A stretch of 64,000 bases of DNA from Eledone cirrhosa. Taxonomy: Eukaryota. Within the stretch, counting starts at the first letter, position 1. Every line of letters starts with the position of its first letter. Position numbers and translations under genes: made by a program. Shown piece by piece: positions 11,260 to 24,900 of the stretch. The stretch lies in assembly GCA_964016885.1 (NCBI GenBank), contig OZ024740.1:106888001-106952000 (forward strand), in the 5' to 3' direction. The notes beneath the pieces are model-generated. The model had not been told where the DNA came from, searched no databases, and saw nothing but the letters and a program-made list of their open reading frames with translations.

Positions 11260-14200
11260 CTTTGAGCCTCAGTCATTGATGTTATTTAACTGGAAAGTTT
11301 GTTGAAATGAATATCAAGCTGCTACCTGCAGCCTCAGATATTCAGGACGTATCGGAGGGTTCTTGTTGTTCCCAGCAAGCATGCCTTTTGAAGTGTTCCA
11401 AAAAGCGGGGCTGGACTAATCTTCTTTAACCATTCTTGGAAACTCTTTGAGATAGTACCTAGTGCGCCTATGATAATCGGGACCACTTTGACTTCATGGC
11501 AGTTCCAAATCCTTTTTAACCTCCCATTTTAAGTCCTGGAATCGGTTAATTTTCTCCCTCTCCTTTTCTTGCACTCTCGTGTCGAATGGGCAGGCTACAT
11601 CTACAATCAGGCACGATCTTTTTTCCTTGTCCAAAACCACCAGGTCAGGCCTATTGTGTTCTAATTTCTTGTCCGTCTGTATCCTAAAATCCCACAGCAC
11701 CTTCACCTGATCGTTTTCTATCACCGACTCTGGCTTATGCTCATACCACTTCTCAGAATGTGGTAAATTGTTTACTTTGCATAGATGCCAGTGGACCACC
11801 CTGCCCATCACATCATATCTCCAGCCTTTATAGTGAGTCTGGGCTAGGTGTTTACACTCGGATACAATGTGAGCCACAGTCTCCTCTCTCTCTCCACAGA
11901 TCCTACACAGTGGGCTAGCCTCCTCCTTGTAAATATGGTGTTTCACCCACTTCGTTTTGAGGGCCTGCTCTTTGCTAGCCATTAGCATTCCTTCTGTAGC
12001 CTTTTTAAGATCTCTTTTTAACCAGTTCCATGTCTGTGGATCTCTAAATTCAGTTTTCTTAAAGAAGGTACTATGAACGGGTTTTTCATGAAGGTTGCTC
12101 TTCCTCTTTGTTGTTATTTCCTCCTTGGACATCCCCTGGTCTATTGTCTTCTCCTTCAGTACAATTTTGAGCATTGGCTCCCTATTGTCAGTCACGTATT
12201 TGTGCAGGTTATTTTTCTCCATTTGAACACAGTCCTCCACCTTCAGATCTCTTTAAGTAGAGTCTATCGACATCACTCCTCTTGTGGAACATGTAGTAGA
12301 TAGTCAATAGCTTCCTAGTCTTCCTATCCATTTCTTTTTGTTCAGCAACATTCCATTTCAGAATTCCCGCACTGTACCTAATAATAGACACAGCTCGGGA
12401 ATTCACTGCACTTATGACATTCCTACTATTTAGATGTGATTTTAATACGCTCCTTACTCTCCTAATGTACTCAGATCTTATCAATTCCTTTATTTTTTTG
12501 TTCTTGATGTCATCTGCCTCCAGAACACCTAAATATTTGTATCCTTCTTCAGTGTCAATTTCCTTTATCATCTCACCTGTTGATACCTGGATTCCGTTGC
12601 TTCTGCTCAATTTACCCCTCTTCATCACTAGGACTCCACACTTATTAATACCAAATTCCATACATATATCATTGCTGAAAATACGGACAGTGTCAACAAG
12701 TACATCCAACTCCTTCTCACTCTTCTCAAAGAGTTTAAGATTGTCCAAGAAGAGGAGGTGGTTGGTGGTAAGCTCTCCTTTTTCCAACTTGTATCCTGCT
12801 CTCACTTTTCGCAATATAATGGTCAGGGGTATCAGGGCAAGGACAAACAGCAGAGGGGACTATCTCCCTGGAAGATACCTCTCTTGATCTTCACGCCTCC
12901 CAGGGATTCTTCACCTGATGTTAACTCTGTTTTCCAGGACTTCATACTTTTGCTTAACAACTGTCTGATGTTATCTGCCACCTTGAAGATCTCTAGGCTT
13001 TTGGTTATCCAAGAATGAGGTACCATGTCGAATGCCTTTTTGTAATTTATCCATCCCATGGCAAGACCAGTGTGTCTCCTCTTGCAATTCCTCATTACCA
13101 TCTTATCAATAAGTAACTGGTCTTTTGTACCACGGGACTTCTTTCGGCATCCTTTCCGTTCGTCCGGTAACAAGTTGTTTATGTGGAGGTGATGGTAGAT
13201 TTCCTCAGACAGAATGCTTGTTACCAGTTTCCACATTACGGACAGACATGTGATAGGTCTATAGTTGGTAACATCATTACCCTTGATTCGGTCTTTCATT
13301 ACCAGAACTGTAGTACCTTTTGTCAACCACTCTGGTACCTCACCCGACATCAAGCAGTCATTGAACATGGTTGTCAGTTTCGGGTGGAGGGATGTTATAT
13401 TTTTAATCCAATACCCCTGCACACCATCTGGGCCTGGTGATTTCCAGTTTGTTAGTTTTTTGGCTTGCCCTTTAAGAGTTTCAACTGTGATACTCAAATC
13501 ACTTTGTTGGTGTGCTTGTTCACTAATCTTTTGTACTGTCTCAATCTACACTGCCTGACCATTATGTTCAACATCCTGCTCCCATATTCCTCTCCAGAAT
13601 GTCTTAGTCTGTTCCGCCTCAGGGATCAAGTCGCTGCCTCTTTCTTTCCCTTCAAGCTGTCCAAACAACATCTTCTGGTTGTTGTCAAACATGCGGTTCT
13701 GTCTATACTGACTGACTCTGCTCTCATACCGCCTAATCTTTGCACTTTTTGCTACAATGCGTTGCTTCAGTTCCGCTATGATAATATTTAGCTTTTTCCT
13801 CCTAGTTTTGTACTTGATTTCCAATCTATTTTTAGTGACTATATTTTGTAGTGTCCCATTCAGTAGGGACTCAAGCTTTCCAATGTTTTTTCTCATTTCC
13901 CTGATTTGACCATTCAGTCCTTTCTTCCACCAAGGTTCTAATCTTTCTTGTTTGTTGTTTCCTCTCGTTTTTATGCCAAGTAATTTCCTCACCGCATTTG
14001 CTGTTGCTTCAAGGATATTGTTGCATTTGTGAAGGTTGTTTGCCTCAAGGTATGGGATGACTTTGTTTACGCTAGCTGTTGTTTCTTTTAACTTTTTCCG
14101 GTCTACAAATCTTAGGTTCATAGGTTTTCCACTATCATTGTTCATTTCATCTACCACTAAGTTCAGGATATCAACCAAATCTTGTCTTAGCCCGTCAACA

Positions 14201-15374
14201 TTCATTTCCTCAATGGCCGTATCTTTGTTCCAGATGTTATTTATTTCAGCATTCAGATCATTGTCTGCTTCGGATGCTTCCTCAGGTCTCTCAACCTCTT
14301 CACCTTCATTTCCCACTGGCTCGTTTGCCTGGCATACTCCACTCTCCATTTCCAATCTAATCTCTCTGCTCAGTTCCTTCAGTTCCAGCTCGCTTATCCA
14401 CCCATTAGTTCTTATTACCCCGAGCCTGCCCGGCAAATTTTTGTTCATCTAAATTAAATAGACCAATCTCGTTCCAGATGTTATGCATCCGTTACCTATA
14501 GCCTTTTTCCCTGGGGTTACTCTTCAGGTAACATTCCATGACAGTTCTATTCAATTCTTTCGTCCAGTTGGTTCTTGTCCCTTTCCTTCTTCTTCTTCCT
14601 CCAACACCAGCAGTATTTAGGTGACAGCCAGGTCCCTGCTGCTGAGCGAGGGAGCACTTGCTGGGTGAGAGTCTGTCACATGGCATTCCAGTCTCCTCTT
14701 CACCGTTATTCGAACTGTTTAGGTTCGACATTTAAATACTCATATCGAGGATTGGTGAATGCATGGTTACATAACCACCGGTGATTTCATCACCCCTAGT
14801 GATTTCATCACCCCCGGTGATTTTAGCGTGGCACCTTCACGCTGTTGACGAACATAAATAAATAAACAAACAAATAGATAAAAACTTTAAAAAATAAGCA
14901 TAAGTTTCATTGTAATGTTTGAATGTCTGACTTAGTTTTTTTGTTTTTTTTCCTTTTTGTTTTTCAAGGCCAGTAACATCGGTTACTAGTGTTGTTGTTG
15001 CTGCTGCTGCTATTTTTGATTTTAGCTATGAGGGAAGTAGGGGTTGTTGCGTTCAAAACTTTTGAAATTTGTTTTTCTTTTGTTTTTGCATTTGTTTTTG
15101 TATCATTATTATTATTATATTATAGTTTAGATTTGACATCGTTTAAACTAAACATTTTGAGAGAGTTTAGAGGTACAACAACAATAATAATTATTTTTTT
15201 TGTGTTGTTGTTAGCTGTTTGACCGGGTCACTAGATCAGTCTATTTATATCTTTTTATATCTTTTCGTGACTTCCTCGCTTCTAGTCATGTGTCGTGGCA
15301 CTACTACCATCCCTCTCTTAACATGAGGTAGTGAGGGAATAGTGGTGGTAGCGATGATGCAGTGGTGATGGTGG
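11260..15374 (-). mobile_element. R4/Dong-clade element, copy 2 (diverged relative of copy 1, multiply frameshifted, extreme 5' end missing)
   Basis: ORFs 14492-14731, 13546-14448, 12832-13497, 12209-12814 and 11494-12240 are collinear with the copy 1 protein; same 3' UTR; (ATT)n at 11236-11259. Confidence 0.9.
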
Positions 15375-15756
15375 CAACACCAACAACAACACCATTAATA
15401 ACAACAGCAACAACAAAAATAACAGCGGTAAAGTCGAGAACGACAATAACAAAAATAACAGCGGTAAGGTCGAGAACGACAATAACAATGACAATAACAA
15501 CAGCCACAACAACAATAATAGTAGGAACAGTATCAACAAAAACAACAATAGTAACAACAGCCACAATAACAGTAACAACAGCAACAGTATCAACGAAAAC
15601 AACACCAACAACTGTACCAACGAAAACATCAACAATGACATCGATACCTGTACCAGCGATCTCAGCACCACCAGTAAGACCAGTAGCGGCAGCAATAGTG
15701 GTGCTGCTGAAAAAGGGACCACTTCTTTTGCAGGTGTCGCCCGAAATATCGAGACA

Positions 15757-17266
15757 GTGTTAGTCACAGAGGAGATGGCAGTCGCAAGGGCCATGGTGAC
15801 AAGAAGCGCCAATAGAGTCTCCCTGAAACCTCCACCCGATTTTTTTCAAGGACCAGCAGCTACGGACGGTGACTTACCGCACCGTAAGCAAAATCTCAAT
15901 CGGGTGGAGAGAGCCACGGAGGATCAAATCCAAAAGGCCTTGGGGTGCGTCTGGGCACGCAAAACCCACATCACCCGAGGCAGAAAGTACACCACAGTAG
16001 ACGTACTCCCCCCCCCCCCCCCCCCGCCACTCCCCCCCCCCAGGAAGCAAAGTCTCACTCTTTGGAAACCCTAAAGAGTGAGGAGATAGTCTTGGTGCCC
16101 TCCTACTGCGGGCAGAAAATTGTGAGGGTCAAAGTGACCCAGGTCCCACCCGACGTGCCCATACCTTGGCTGGTCGCGTCTGTCCTTGCTGGAATCGAGA
16201 ACAGGACGACCATGCTGCAAGTAGAGAAAATAGGGAGAGAGAACTGGTCAGGTATAGGCATGCAAATGCTTATACAAACTGACCAGGAGTGTATCAACGC
16301 TATCCCCGATATCATAGACATCGAGGAAAGACTCCAACTCCCTATAAGCGTAGAAGGAAGACGGCCAAAATGTTATCTCTGTGGGTCGAAGGGTCACCTC
16401 AGGGTCTTTTTCCCGCAGAAGACAGCGAAGAAGAAGGCCCCTCTCCTTCCAATACCTGGTCTGCTGCTACCAAGAGCAGGGCAGGCAACAAACGCAGAAG
16501 CCCCTTCCACGGTGAGTAGAAGGGCAATGTCCGTGGCACCCGTACCAAGGCCACGGACAACTAAAGCAGCAGCATCAGTGGCGGCAACACCAATAGTTAC
16601 ATTTGAAGTAGCTACACCAGCAACAAAATTGCCGAAGAGGGCTCCACTACCACCACCAACAGCCGTGGAGCACATACCCCTCCCAGACGCCACGGAATCC
16701 GACATGGATTTTGAGGCGGGTGTGAAGTGGCAAACGGTCTGCCACAAAAAAACAAAAAAAAAAAAAACCCTTAGATTCACCCTCCAAAAGCGAAGGCACA
16801 CAAAGAGGGGTAAAGGCAGCAAGGAAACTTGCAGCAACACCACCACCATCACCATCACCACCACAAGCACCACCGCCAACAACAACCACACCACCACCAG
16901 CATCACCAAAAACACCAACAACGCAAACAAAACAAAACACACACACCAAACAGCAACAAAAAGAAAACAGCAACAAAATCCCCCTCCTCCCATAAAGTAC
17001 ACAGCCATAAACATGGCAAAAAAAGAACTCATACAATATATAAAGCAGCACACAGAGATCACAGAAAAAAACTACTACACCCCACCAACACCAAGTACAC
17101 CAAGTACACCAAGTACAAACCTTTAAAACAAAAATTCACCAACGCAGTTGGAGACTTCAGAGGGTCGGATACCAAGAGGATATACACTGACATCCTCTTG
17201 GAAACATCCATGACCAGCCAAAGGGACGGTTCTACTGTCCCTTCACCACACGATCAAGGTAAGTGA
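15757..17266 (+). pseudogene. Tx1 copy B ORF1 (gag-like, zinc knuckle), frameshifted
   Basis: ORFs 15757-16074, 15945-17126 and 16829-17266 are homologous to the copy C ORF1 pieces (VERATE.QIQKAL, LVPSYCGQKIVRVK, NAVGDFR). Confidence 0.8.
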
Positions 17267-17297
17267 CCCTTTCTCACTTGCCCGTTTCTCATCCAAC

Positions 17298-20200
17298 ATG
17301 GCCGTACTCAGAATAGGCAGTATAAATGCACGTGGCCTGGGGTCATCTTGGAAGCAGGGTCACCTGCTCAACGACCTCAGGTCACTAAACATAGATGTGG
17401 TGGCCATCAGTGAGACCAGAATCTCCGAAGCACAAGCCTTCGCACCGATCTTCGGCGACTACGATGTATACGCATCTCCCAGCCGTCCAGGATCGGGGAA
17501 GAGGTTGCCGCCCTTTTTCGGAGAGGCTTAGATCTCGCCATACGGGCCATCTTCCTAGACCCAGAAGGTAAGTCGATGGTGCTGGACGTGACCGGCAGCG
17601 AAGCAATGCTTTCAGGCTAGTAGCCATCTACGCCCCAACAGGGGCAGGACGGCCAGATTTCTTCAGACGTCTAGAGACCTTTCTTGGAACGTTCCGCTCT
17701 TTAGTGTTAGTGGGCGACTGGAACGGTATCTTGGATGCACGCTGGGATTGTGTGGGGCTAGTGGATAGGGGAGGAGGGTGCAAAAGCCTCACCAACCTGC
17801 TCAGACGTTTTGAACTGTCTGACAGGTATCGACTGGATCACCCAAATGTGCCAATGTGGACATGGACAAACCGCATCGGGTCATCCAGATCGTATCTCGA
17901 TAGGGTATTCTGCAGAGAACTAGATAAGGCTAGTATAAGTTGTCCACAATTTCAAATAGTCGACTACACAGACCACAAATTTGTGATCTGTGAGATCGAC
18001 ATAGACAGACTTCATAGACAAGGGCCCGGTTACTGGAAGCTGAACGCGTCTTTCCCAGCGCGCAAAGCCTACAGAGACCGGATTAGCGTATTAGTTAAGC
18101 GGGCGTTGACGGGAGCGGTCGTCAACAACAGGTGGTGGTTCGCCCTGAAAAGGGCAATTAAAGTAGAGCCGATTAGGTTTAGCAAAGGACTAGTGATAGA
18201 GGAAAATAGAGTAGAGGGAGAGCTAGTCAGAAAGCTAGTAGAGGCGTTTAGGACAGGCATCGCAACCGACGTGCTTGCGCCGAGATTGGCACTCGACCAA
18301 TTCTTCAACGCAAAACACGAAGGCTGCGTTGTCAGAGTTAGAGCGCGTGCTCTGAAACACGAGGGGACAAAATCCGTCCAATGGGCCCGGGTGGCAGAGG
18401 CGCGACGTGGCAACAAAGCCAAAATTCGGTCTTTGTCTGACCAAAACGGGTGCGTGTTGCTCGAACCCGAGCAGATGTGTGAAGCTTTTCAGCAGCACTT
18501 TGCTGAACTGTTCAGGAGCAGCGGCGGCCCGGATCGGGGCATGGACTTCAGTGCATACCTCGACGGACTGCCTCGGCTCTCGACGACCGCAGCATAGTGT
18601 TGCGAAAAGCCAATAACAGCCGGTGATATACGGGAAGCGATGGCTAACTGCACGAGGGGTAAATCGCCAGGTTTTAGTGGTCTGCCCTACGAGCTTTATG
18701 CATTTATGCCAGACTTGTTCGGTGACCTCTTGGCAGATGTCTACTGCAAGTGGCAGCAGAACGGGAGCATTCCCAGTTTTGTGAGCCGGGGAGCGGTGGC
18801 GCTGATGAGAAAAGACCTGAACAAGGGGTATGTTATCGATAATTTCAGGCCCATAACCCTGCTAAACGCAGAGTTCAAGATTTTGGCCAAGGTGTTAGCA
18901 ACGAGGTTGGCGCTTGTCGTCAAGGGTCTGGTGGGATAGGCGCAGACATGCGCCATTCCGGACAGATCCATACACGAACACTTCCACCTCATGCGATACA
19001 TCATAGAGAGGGTGTTTAAGGAACCTGGTACGGGTGGGGCCCTGATCAACTTGGATCAATCCAAAGCATTCGATAGGGTCGACCATCGGTACCTGGCGAC
19101 GGTCCTCCAGGAAGCCGGTTTCGGGCCCGTTTTCAGGGGTTGGATCGCTGCGATGTACAGCAACATCTGCTCAGTTGTGAGGGTGAACGGTCACCTGTCG
19201 CAGCCGTTCAGCATCATGCGCTCAGTCCGCCAGGATTGTCCCCTCTCGTCCCTCTTGTACGTATTGGCTCTCGAGCCGTTACTGCACAAACTGGGGGCGA
19301 TGAGGGGCGTCCCTCGCGAACTAGGATGCGGTAAATCCGAGTCGGCTTACGCCGACGACGTCACCGTGGTGGTGTCGAGCACCAGACACGCCCAGATGCT
19401 CGGCACCGCTCTCAAGGAATACGAAGCGGTTACAGGAGCAAAGATAAACCAGGAAAAGTCGGTGGGCTTGCAGCTCGGCACCAGGAGAGGCAAGTCCATG
19501 CCGTCCGACAGCGTCGTGGGGCGTTGGATGGACGGACCGGTTAAATTGCTCGGGGTCTGGTTCGGACCGGACCTCCAGATTGAGAAAAACTGTAACGAGG
19601 TGACAAGCAAGGTGGCCTCCCTCACTCAGAAATGGGCCGAGAGGAAGCTGTCCCTCAAAGGCCGGGCGGAGGTGGCGAATGCGTACATCGCATCCGTCAT
19701 CTGCTACCGCCTCACCGTCGTCCCTTGCCCCGGCCAACTCTCACCAAAATGGAGCGCCTCCTCTTCCGCTTTTTGTGGAAGGGACGTGCTCCCATGGTCA
19801 GACGATCAATCTCCTGTCAACACCCGTTGCGTGGAGGATTGGGCATGCCATGGCTGATGATGCGCAAACATGCGCTGAGGCTGCGACATCTCTGGTGCTT
19901 CCTTGACGGTGAACAGGTGTGGTCGCCGTTCGCCAGGCACGTTTTCCCACAGCTCGTCTCCTTGACGGAGCTGCAGTCCTGGGTCAGAAAAAGACCGAGG
20001 GATAGCGCTTGGAAACTGGAATGTCTCCAGGCGGTCACTGCCCTCTGCCAGCTGGGTACCAGTATTAGTGGAACATCCACCTCGGCGTTCTATAGAGGAC
20101 TAGTGGAGGGGAAGAGCGACGACTTTCTCGGAGAGATCCTGGGCGTCGAAGAAGATCAGCTGTTTGCTCTCTTCCGGAGAACTCTCAGCCCAGGGCCTTT

Positions 20201-20714
20201 GCATAACTTTCAAAAATCCCTGGCCTGGAAGTGCTACCGGGGAGCGCTGCCGGTTCGAGATAAGCTCTACAGGCACGGAAGTGCAGTCAGCCGAGTCTGT
20301 CCGAGATGCGTGCAGAGCGACGAAACCGTCGTGCACGCACTCGTTCAGTGCCCGAGCATTGCTGACTTGTGGAGCTATGTCGAACAGTTGCTGTCACGTG
20401 TGGGACTGATCCGGTTATCGACTGAGTCCATTGTGCAGATGGTCTCGCCGTCTTCCTTCGAGGAGGAAGGGCAGGCGGTTTTCATCTGCCTGGTGGCCAT
20501 GGCCAAAGAGATTGTGTGGTGGACAAGGTTGAAAGGGTTAAAGACAGACACTTTCCTCTTCGGCGAATCCCTAATTAACTTTTTCAAGTTTCACTTGAAG
20601 AGGAAAATCAGGGTGGAGAGGCAAGTGCTGCCTTCTAGCAAGTTTGTTGAAAGGTGGGTGAATGTAGCGAGAATGGTCCGAGTGAACGGGACCGCTCTGA
20701 ATATACGTCTGTAG
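17298..20714 (+). pseudogene. Tx1 copy B ORF2 (apurinic-like endonuclease, RT, CCHC), several stops and frameshifts
   Basis: ORFs 17298-17531, 17704-18597, 18640-18939, 18991-19857, 19632-20714. Confidence 0.9.
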
Positions 20715-21036
20715 TTTGGGAAATGGAAAAATTGAGAGAGGGCGCTTGCCCTGGTGGTCAGGGTGGCCATGGTCTTTTGTGTGGTTTTCGCCACGAGTAA
20801 CCCTCGCAGGTTTCCTCCCTATTGGGGAATTTTTAATTGTTTCAATTTTCATTTTTATTGTTTATATATATATATGTTTCTATGTCTTTTTTTCTTTTCT
20901 AATATAAATAATAAAAATATTTACACGCACAAAACCCACATCGTACCGTCCTGTACCGTCCTGTGCTGTCTGTAATGATTTTCTTGATGTCAGCCCTTGT
21001 GGGCAATAAAGAAATCATTATTATTATCATTATTAT

Positions 21037-21880
21037 AGTTGCATTTATCTTGCTTTATGTTCATACGAGTTATCACCAAGTCACAACCAGTGACCTCAAG
21101 AGACAACAAGGTCCGCCATGTTCAAGAAAGAACATACATACACACACATGCATCTTTAGGTGTTTAGACTTGTGATGTAGTTATATTGACAGAATCTTCC
21201 TTAGTATATGGGCAGTTCCCATTAGTACTATCTTTTGTATTTCTCCTATACGCGGGTTTCCTGGGATTTGCGATAAGTAATCATTAGACCCCTTAGGTAT
21301 CATTCCTAGAGCGCCTACAACCACTGGTATTGGTTTAGTTCTCAATTTCCACATTTTTCCAATTTCTATCTCCAGGTCCTTATACTTGCTCAATTTTTCA
21401 AATGTTTTTATAGATACATTCTTGTCTATTGGAACGGACATATCAATTAGCAGGCATACCCTCTTTTTAAAGTCCTTCAGTATTATATCAGGTCTATTTG
21501 CATCTATTTTTCGGTCTGTTTGGATGCTAAAGTTCCACAAGATTGAGATGTGATCTTTTTCAAGTATGGGAGGTGGTTGATGCTCCCACCAATTCTTTTA
21601 ATGGGGCAGGTCAAAATGCTTACACATTATCCAATGTATGTATTATGCAGCTCTGTCATGCCTGTTTAGGTATTCGGTTGGAGCTATAGGACTGCACATT
21701 GAAATTATATGATCAATGGTCTCTGGTTGTTTTTTGCATACACGGCATAATGGGCTGCATCCATTTTTTATTATGTTGGCTTGGTAATTTTTTGTTGGCA
21801 GACACTGATCTTGTGCTGATATAATCAGTCCTTCAGTCTCCGATTTCAGTCCAGAGGATGCCAACCAATGATGGGTTAAA

Positions 21881-21881
<1 letters not shown>
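21037..21881 (-). mobile_element. 5'-truncated R4/Dong-like element of a third family (CCHC and RLE)
   Basis: ORFs 21643-21864 (ETEGLIISAQDQ, CRVC..ETIDHIISMC) and 21181-21540 (NRPDII..LIDMSVP..KYKDL..QKIVLMGTAHILRK); (ATT)n on both sides. Confidence 0.88.

Positions 21882-21937
<56 letters not shown>
21882..21937. repeat. (TTA)n tract
   Basis: Seen directly. Confidence 0.98.
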
Positions 21938-24900
21938 GAATGCTATGGTTGAGGGAGGCTCGGCTCTGTAAGGTATTGTAAATTTTGACCGTTATAACAA
22001 TTGTAAATTGTTTAAAGCTTTAACCAACTTGTAGACAAAAACACCCTCCTCCTCGTGAGAGGGGTCTTTCTGTCCGTTATTTGGCCCTTCGGGGTTAAAT
22101 AACCGCTTATTGGGGTTTTGTACCCAATATTTATTTTAAACAAAAAAAAAAACATGGCTACGAAAAAGAATTTTCATAGGTCACTCCCAATCATTCCGTC
22201 TTCTTCTTCCTCAATCGTCACTACAGCAGAGAGAATATTGTCTCTCTCCCTCCCTTCTCTAAATGTGTCTCTATCTCCCTTCTCTAAATGTGTCTCTCTC
22301 CCTCCCTTCTCTTTCGCAAGCGACGCCAGAAAAGAAAAATCACGTGCAAAGCGTGCAAGATTTCTCCACGACGACGACGACAACGACGAAAAAGGTGTGC
22401 GGGAAATACGAAAACCCATTTCATTCGTCTGACGTCAGGAATAATAGCAGTAGCAGCCGTAATAACAGGAGCAACAGTGACAAGGAAAACAACAGTAGCA
22501 GCCGCAACAGCATCAGCAGCAGCATAAACAACAACAGCATTAGCAGCAACAACAGCAGCAGCAGCAACAACAACAACAACCACAGCAACAGCGGCGGCGG
22601 CAGTAGTCGTAGTACCTGCAGCAACAACAAAAGTAACAGCAGCTCTGACGACAACAACAACAACAACAACAGCAGCAAAGAAAAACCAATCTCGTTTGCA
22701 GGTATCGCAAAGAACCTGGAAACCAACTCATAACAAATGAGGAATTAGAGGAAGCGAAGAAGATGCTGACAAAAACCGGACACCGAGCAATCTGCAAGGC
22801 AGCCGAAAAATGTTTCGAAACCCAACAGCACTGTACGGTCACGTACCGTACAGTAAGCACAAAATCCCGTAGGGTTGAAAGAGCCACAGAGGCTCAAATA
22901 CAAAAAGCCTTGGAGTCTGTGTGGCAGCGGAAAACGAACATCACCCGAGGCAAGAAATATGCCACCGTAGACGTGCTTTTTGCCACACCCCAGGAGGCAA
23001 AGGCTCAATCCTTAGTGACCCTAAGGAGCGAGGAAATGGTGTTGGTGCCCTCCTACTGCGGGCAAAAAATTGTAAGGGTCAAACTGACCCACGTCCCTCC
23101 CGGGATGGCCCCTTCTTGGCTGTCCGCGTCTGTCCTCGTCGGAATCGAGGACAAAACAACTGTACTGCAAGTACAGAAAAAAGTAAGAGAAGATTGGGTC
23201 GGCACCTCCATTGAGATGTTAATCCAAACCAACCAGGAGTGCATCGAAGCTATCCCGGATGTGATAGACTTCGATAACGGCACTTAACTGCCCATAAGTG
23301 TTGCGGGCAAACGCCCGAACTGCTTTCGCTGTGGATCGAAGACTCACCTCAGGGCCTTCTGCAACGAGAAGACTCTGAGAAAGGAGAAAACCCTCCTCCT
23401 TCCGAAACCGGCTCCACGGCTATCAGCAACAGGACAAGCGGCAAACAGGAACGATAGGTCCGTGGCACCCATACCCTCGCCACGGAAATCAAAAACAGCA
23501 GCAGCAGTGGAAGTATTAACAACAACAGTAATACCAAATGCAGCTGCAACAGAGACTCCAGTGCAAACATCACCAACAACAACAAGTTCAGAATCAGACA
23601 TGGAGTGTGAGGTGGGAGAGGGATGGCACAAACGCAGAAGCACAAAGCGCATCGTCGCCTTCGAAAAGGGAGGGAAGAAATGAAAAAAGGGTAAAGCTTA
23701 CTGCAAAGAGACTCACAGCAGCAACACCACCAACACCATCACCACCCACACTAGCACCACCAACACCACCGGCGACAACCCCACCGCCAACAACAACAAC
23801 ACCTTCAACACCACCACCACAAGCACCAACATCGCAAACACAACAAAACACACACACCCAGCAACAACGACCAGAAAATATCAGAACCACACCCCACCCC
23901 GAGAAAAACAAATGCACGGCAATAAATACACACAACAAGAAACTAATGACTTACATAATTGAACACACAGACATTTCACAGCACGACTACATAATACCAG
24001 CACCAATCAAAACGCCAACTAACATAAGACTGCTAAAAATAGCACTGAAACAATACACAAACATTAAAACGAAATTCCCCAACGCAGTTGGTGATTTCAG
24101 AGACCTAGGAGGGACTCTCAACCGGAGAGTATATTCGGACATACTCATAGAAGAGCCGACGACAAGCCGAAGGGACGATTCAACGGTCCCTTCACCAGAC
24201 GATCAAGTGAAAGGGGATGGAAAAACCATCCTTCCTCTATGATAAGTACGGTAAGAGGTCTTTCACATATTTACCACTCTATTTTAAACATGACCTCACT
24301 CAGAATAGGCAGCATAATTGCGCGTGGCTTGGGGTCGTCATGGAAGCAAGGTCACCTGCTCAACGACCTCAGGTCACTAAACATAGATGTAGTGGCCATC
24401 AGCGAGACCAGAATCTCCGAAGCACGGGCCTTCGCACCGATCTTCGGCGGCTACGATGTGTACGCATCTCCCAGCCATCCTGGATCGGGGGGGAGGAGTT
24501 GCTGTGCTTTTTCGGAGAGGTTTGGTTCTCGCCATACGGGCCATCTTCCTGGATCCAGAGGGTAAGTTGGTGGTGCTGGACGTGACCAGCGGAGACGGGC
24601 AAGCTTTCAGGCTAGTGGCCGTCTATGCCCCGACAGGAGCAGGGCGACCTGATTTCTTCCGGCGTCTGGAGACCTTTCTTGGAACTTCCCGCTCTTTAGT
24701 GTTAGTGGGCGACTGGAACGGGATCTTAGATGCACGCTGGGACTGTGTGGGATTAGCGGATAGGAGTGGAGGGTGCAAGAGCCTCACCAACCTGCTCAGG
24801 CGTTTTGAACTGTCTGAAAGGTACCGATTGGATTTCCCGAATGTGCCAATGTGGACTTGGACAAATCGCATAGAGTCATCCAGATCATATCTAGATAGAG

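Larger units (their letters stand above)
15375..21016 (+). mobile_element. Tx1/L1-clade LINE, copy B (ORF1 and APE-RT ORF2, disrupted, 5' end missing)
   Basis: ORF1 with knuckle CYLCGSKGH; ORF2 from ATG 17298 (SINARGL, ISET, GDWN, YLDRVF, TDHK, FRPITLLN, KAFDRVDH, AYADD, CPRC) to 20714; AATAAA then (ATT)n at 21017-21036. Confidence 0.93.
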
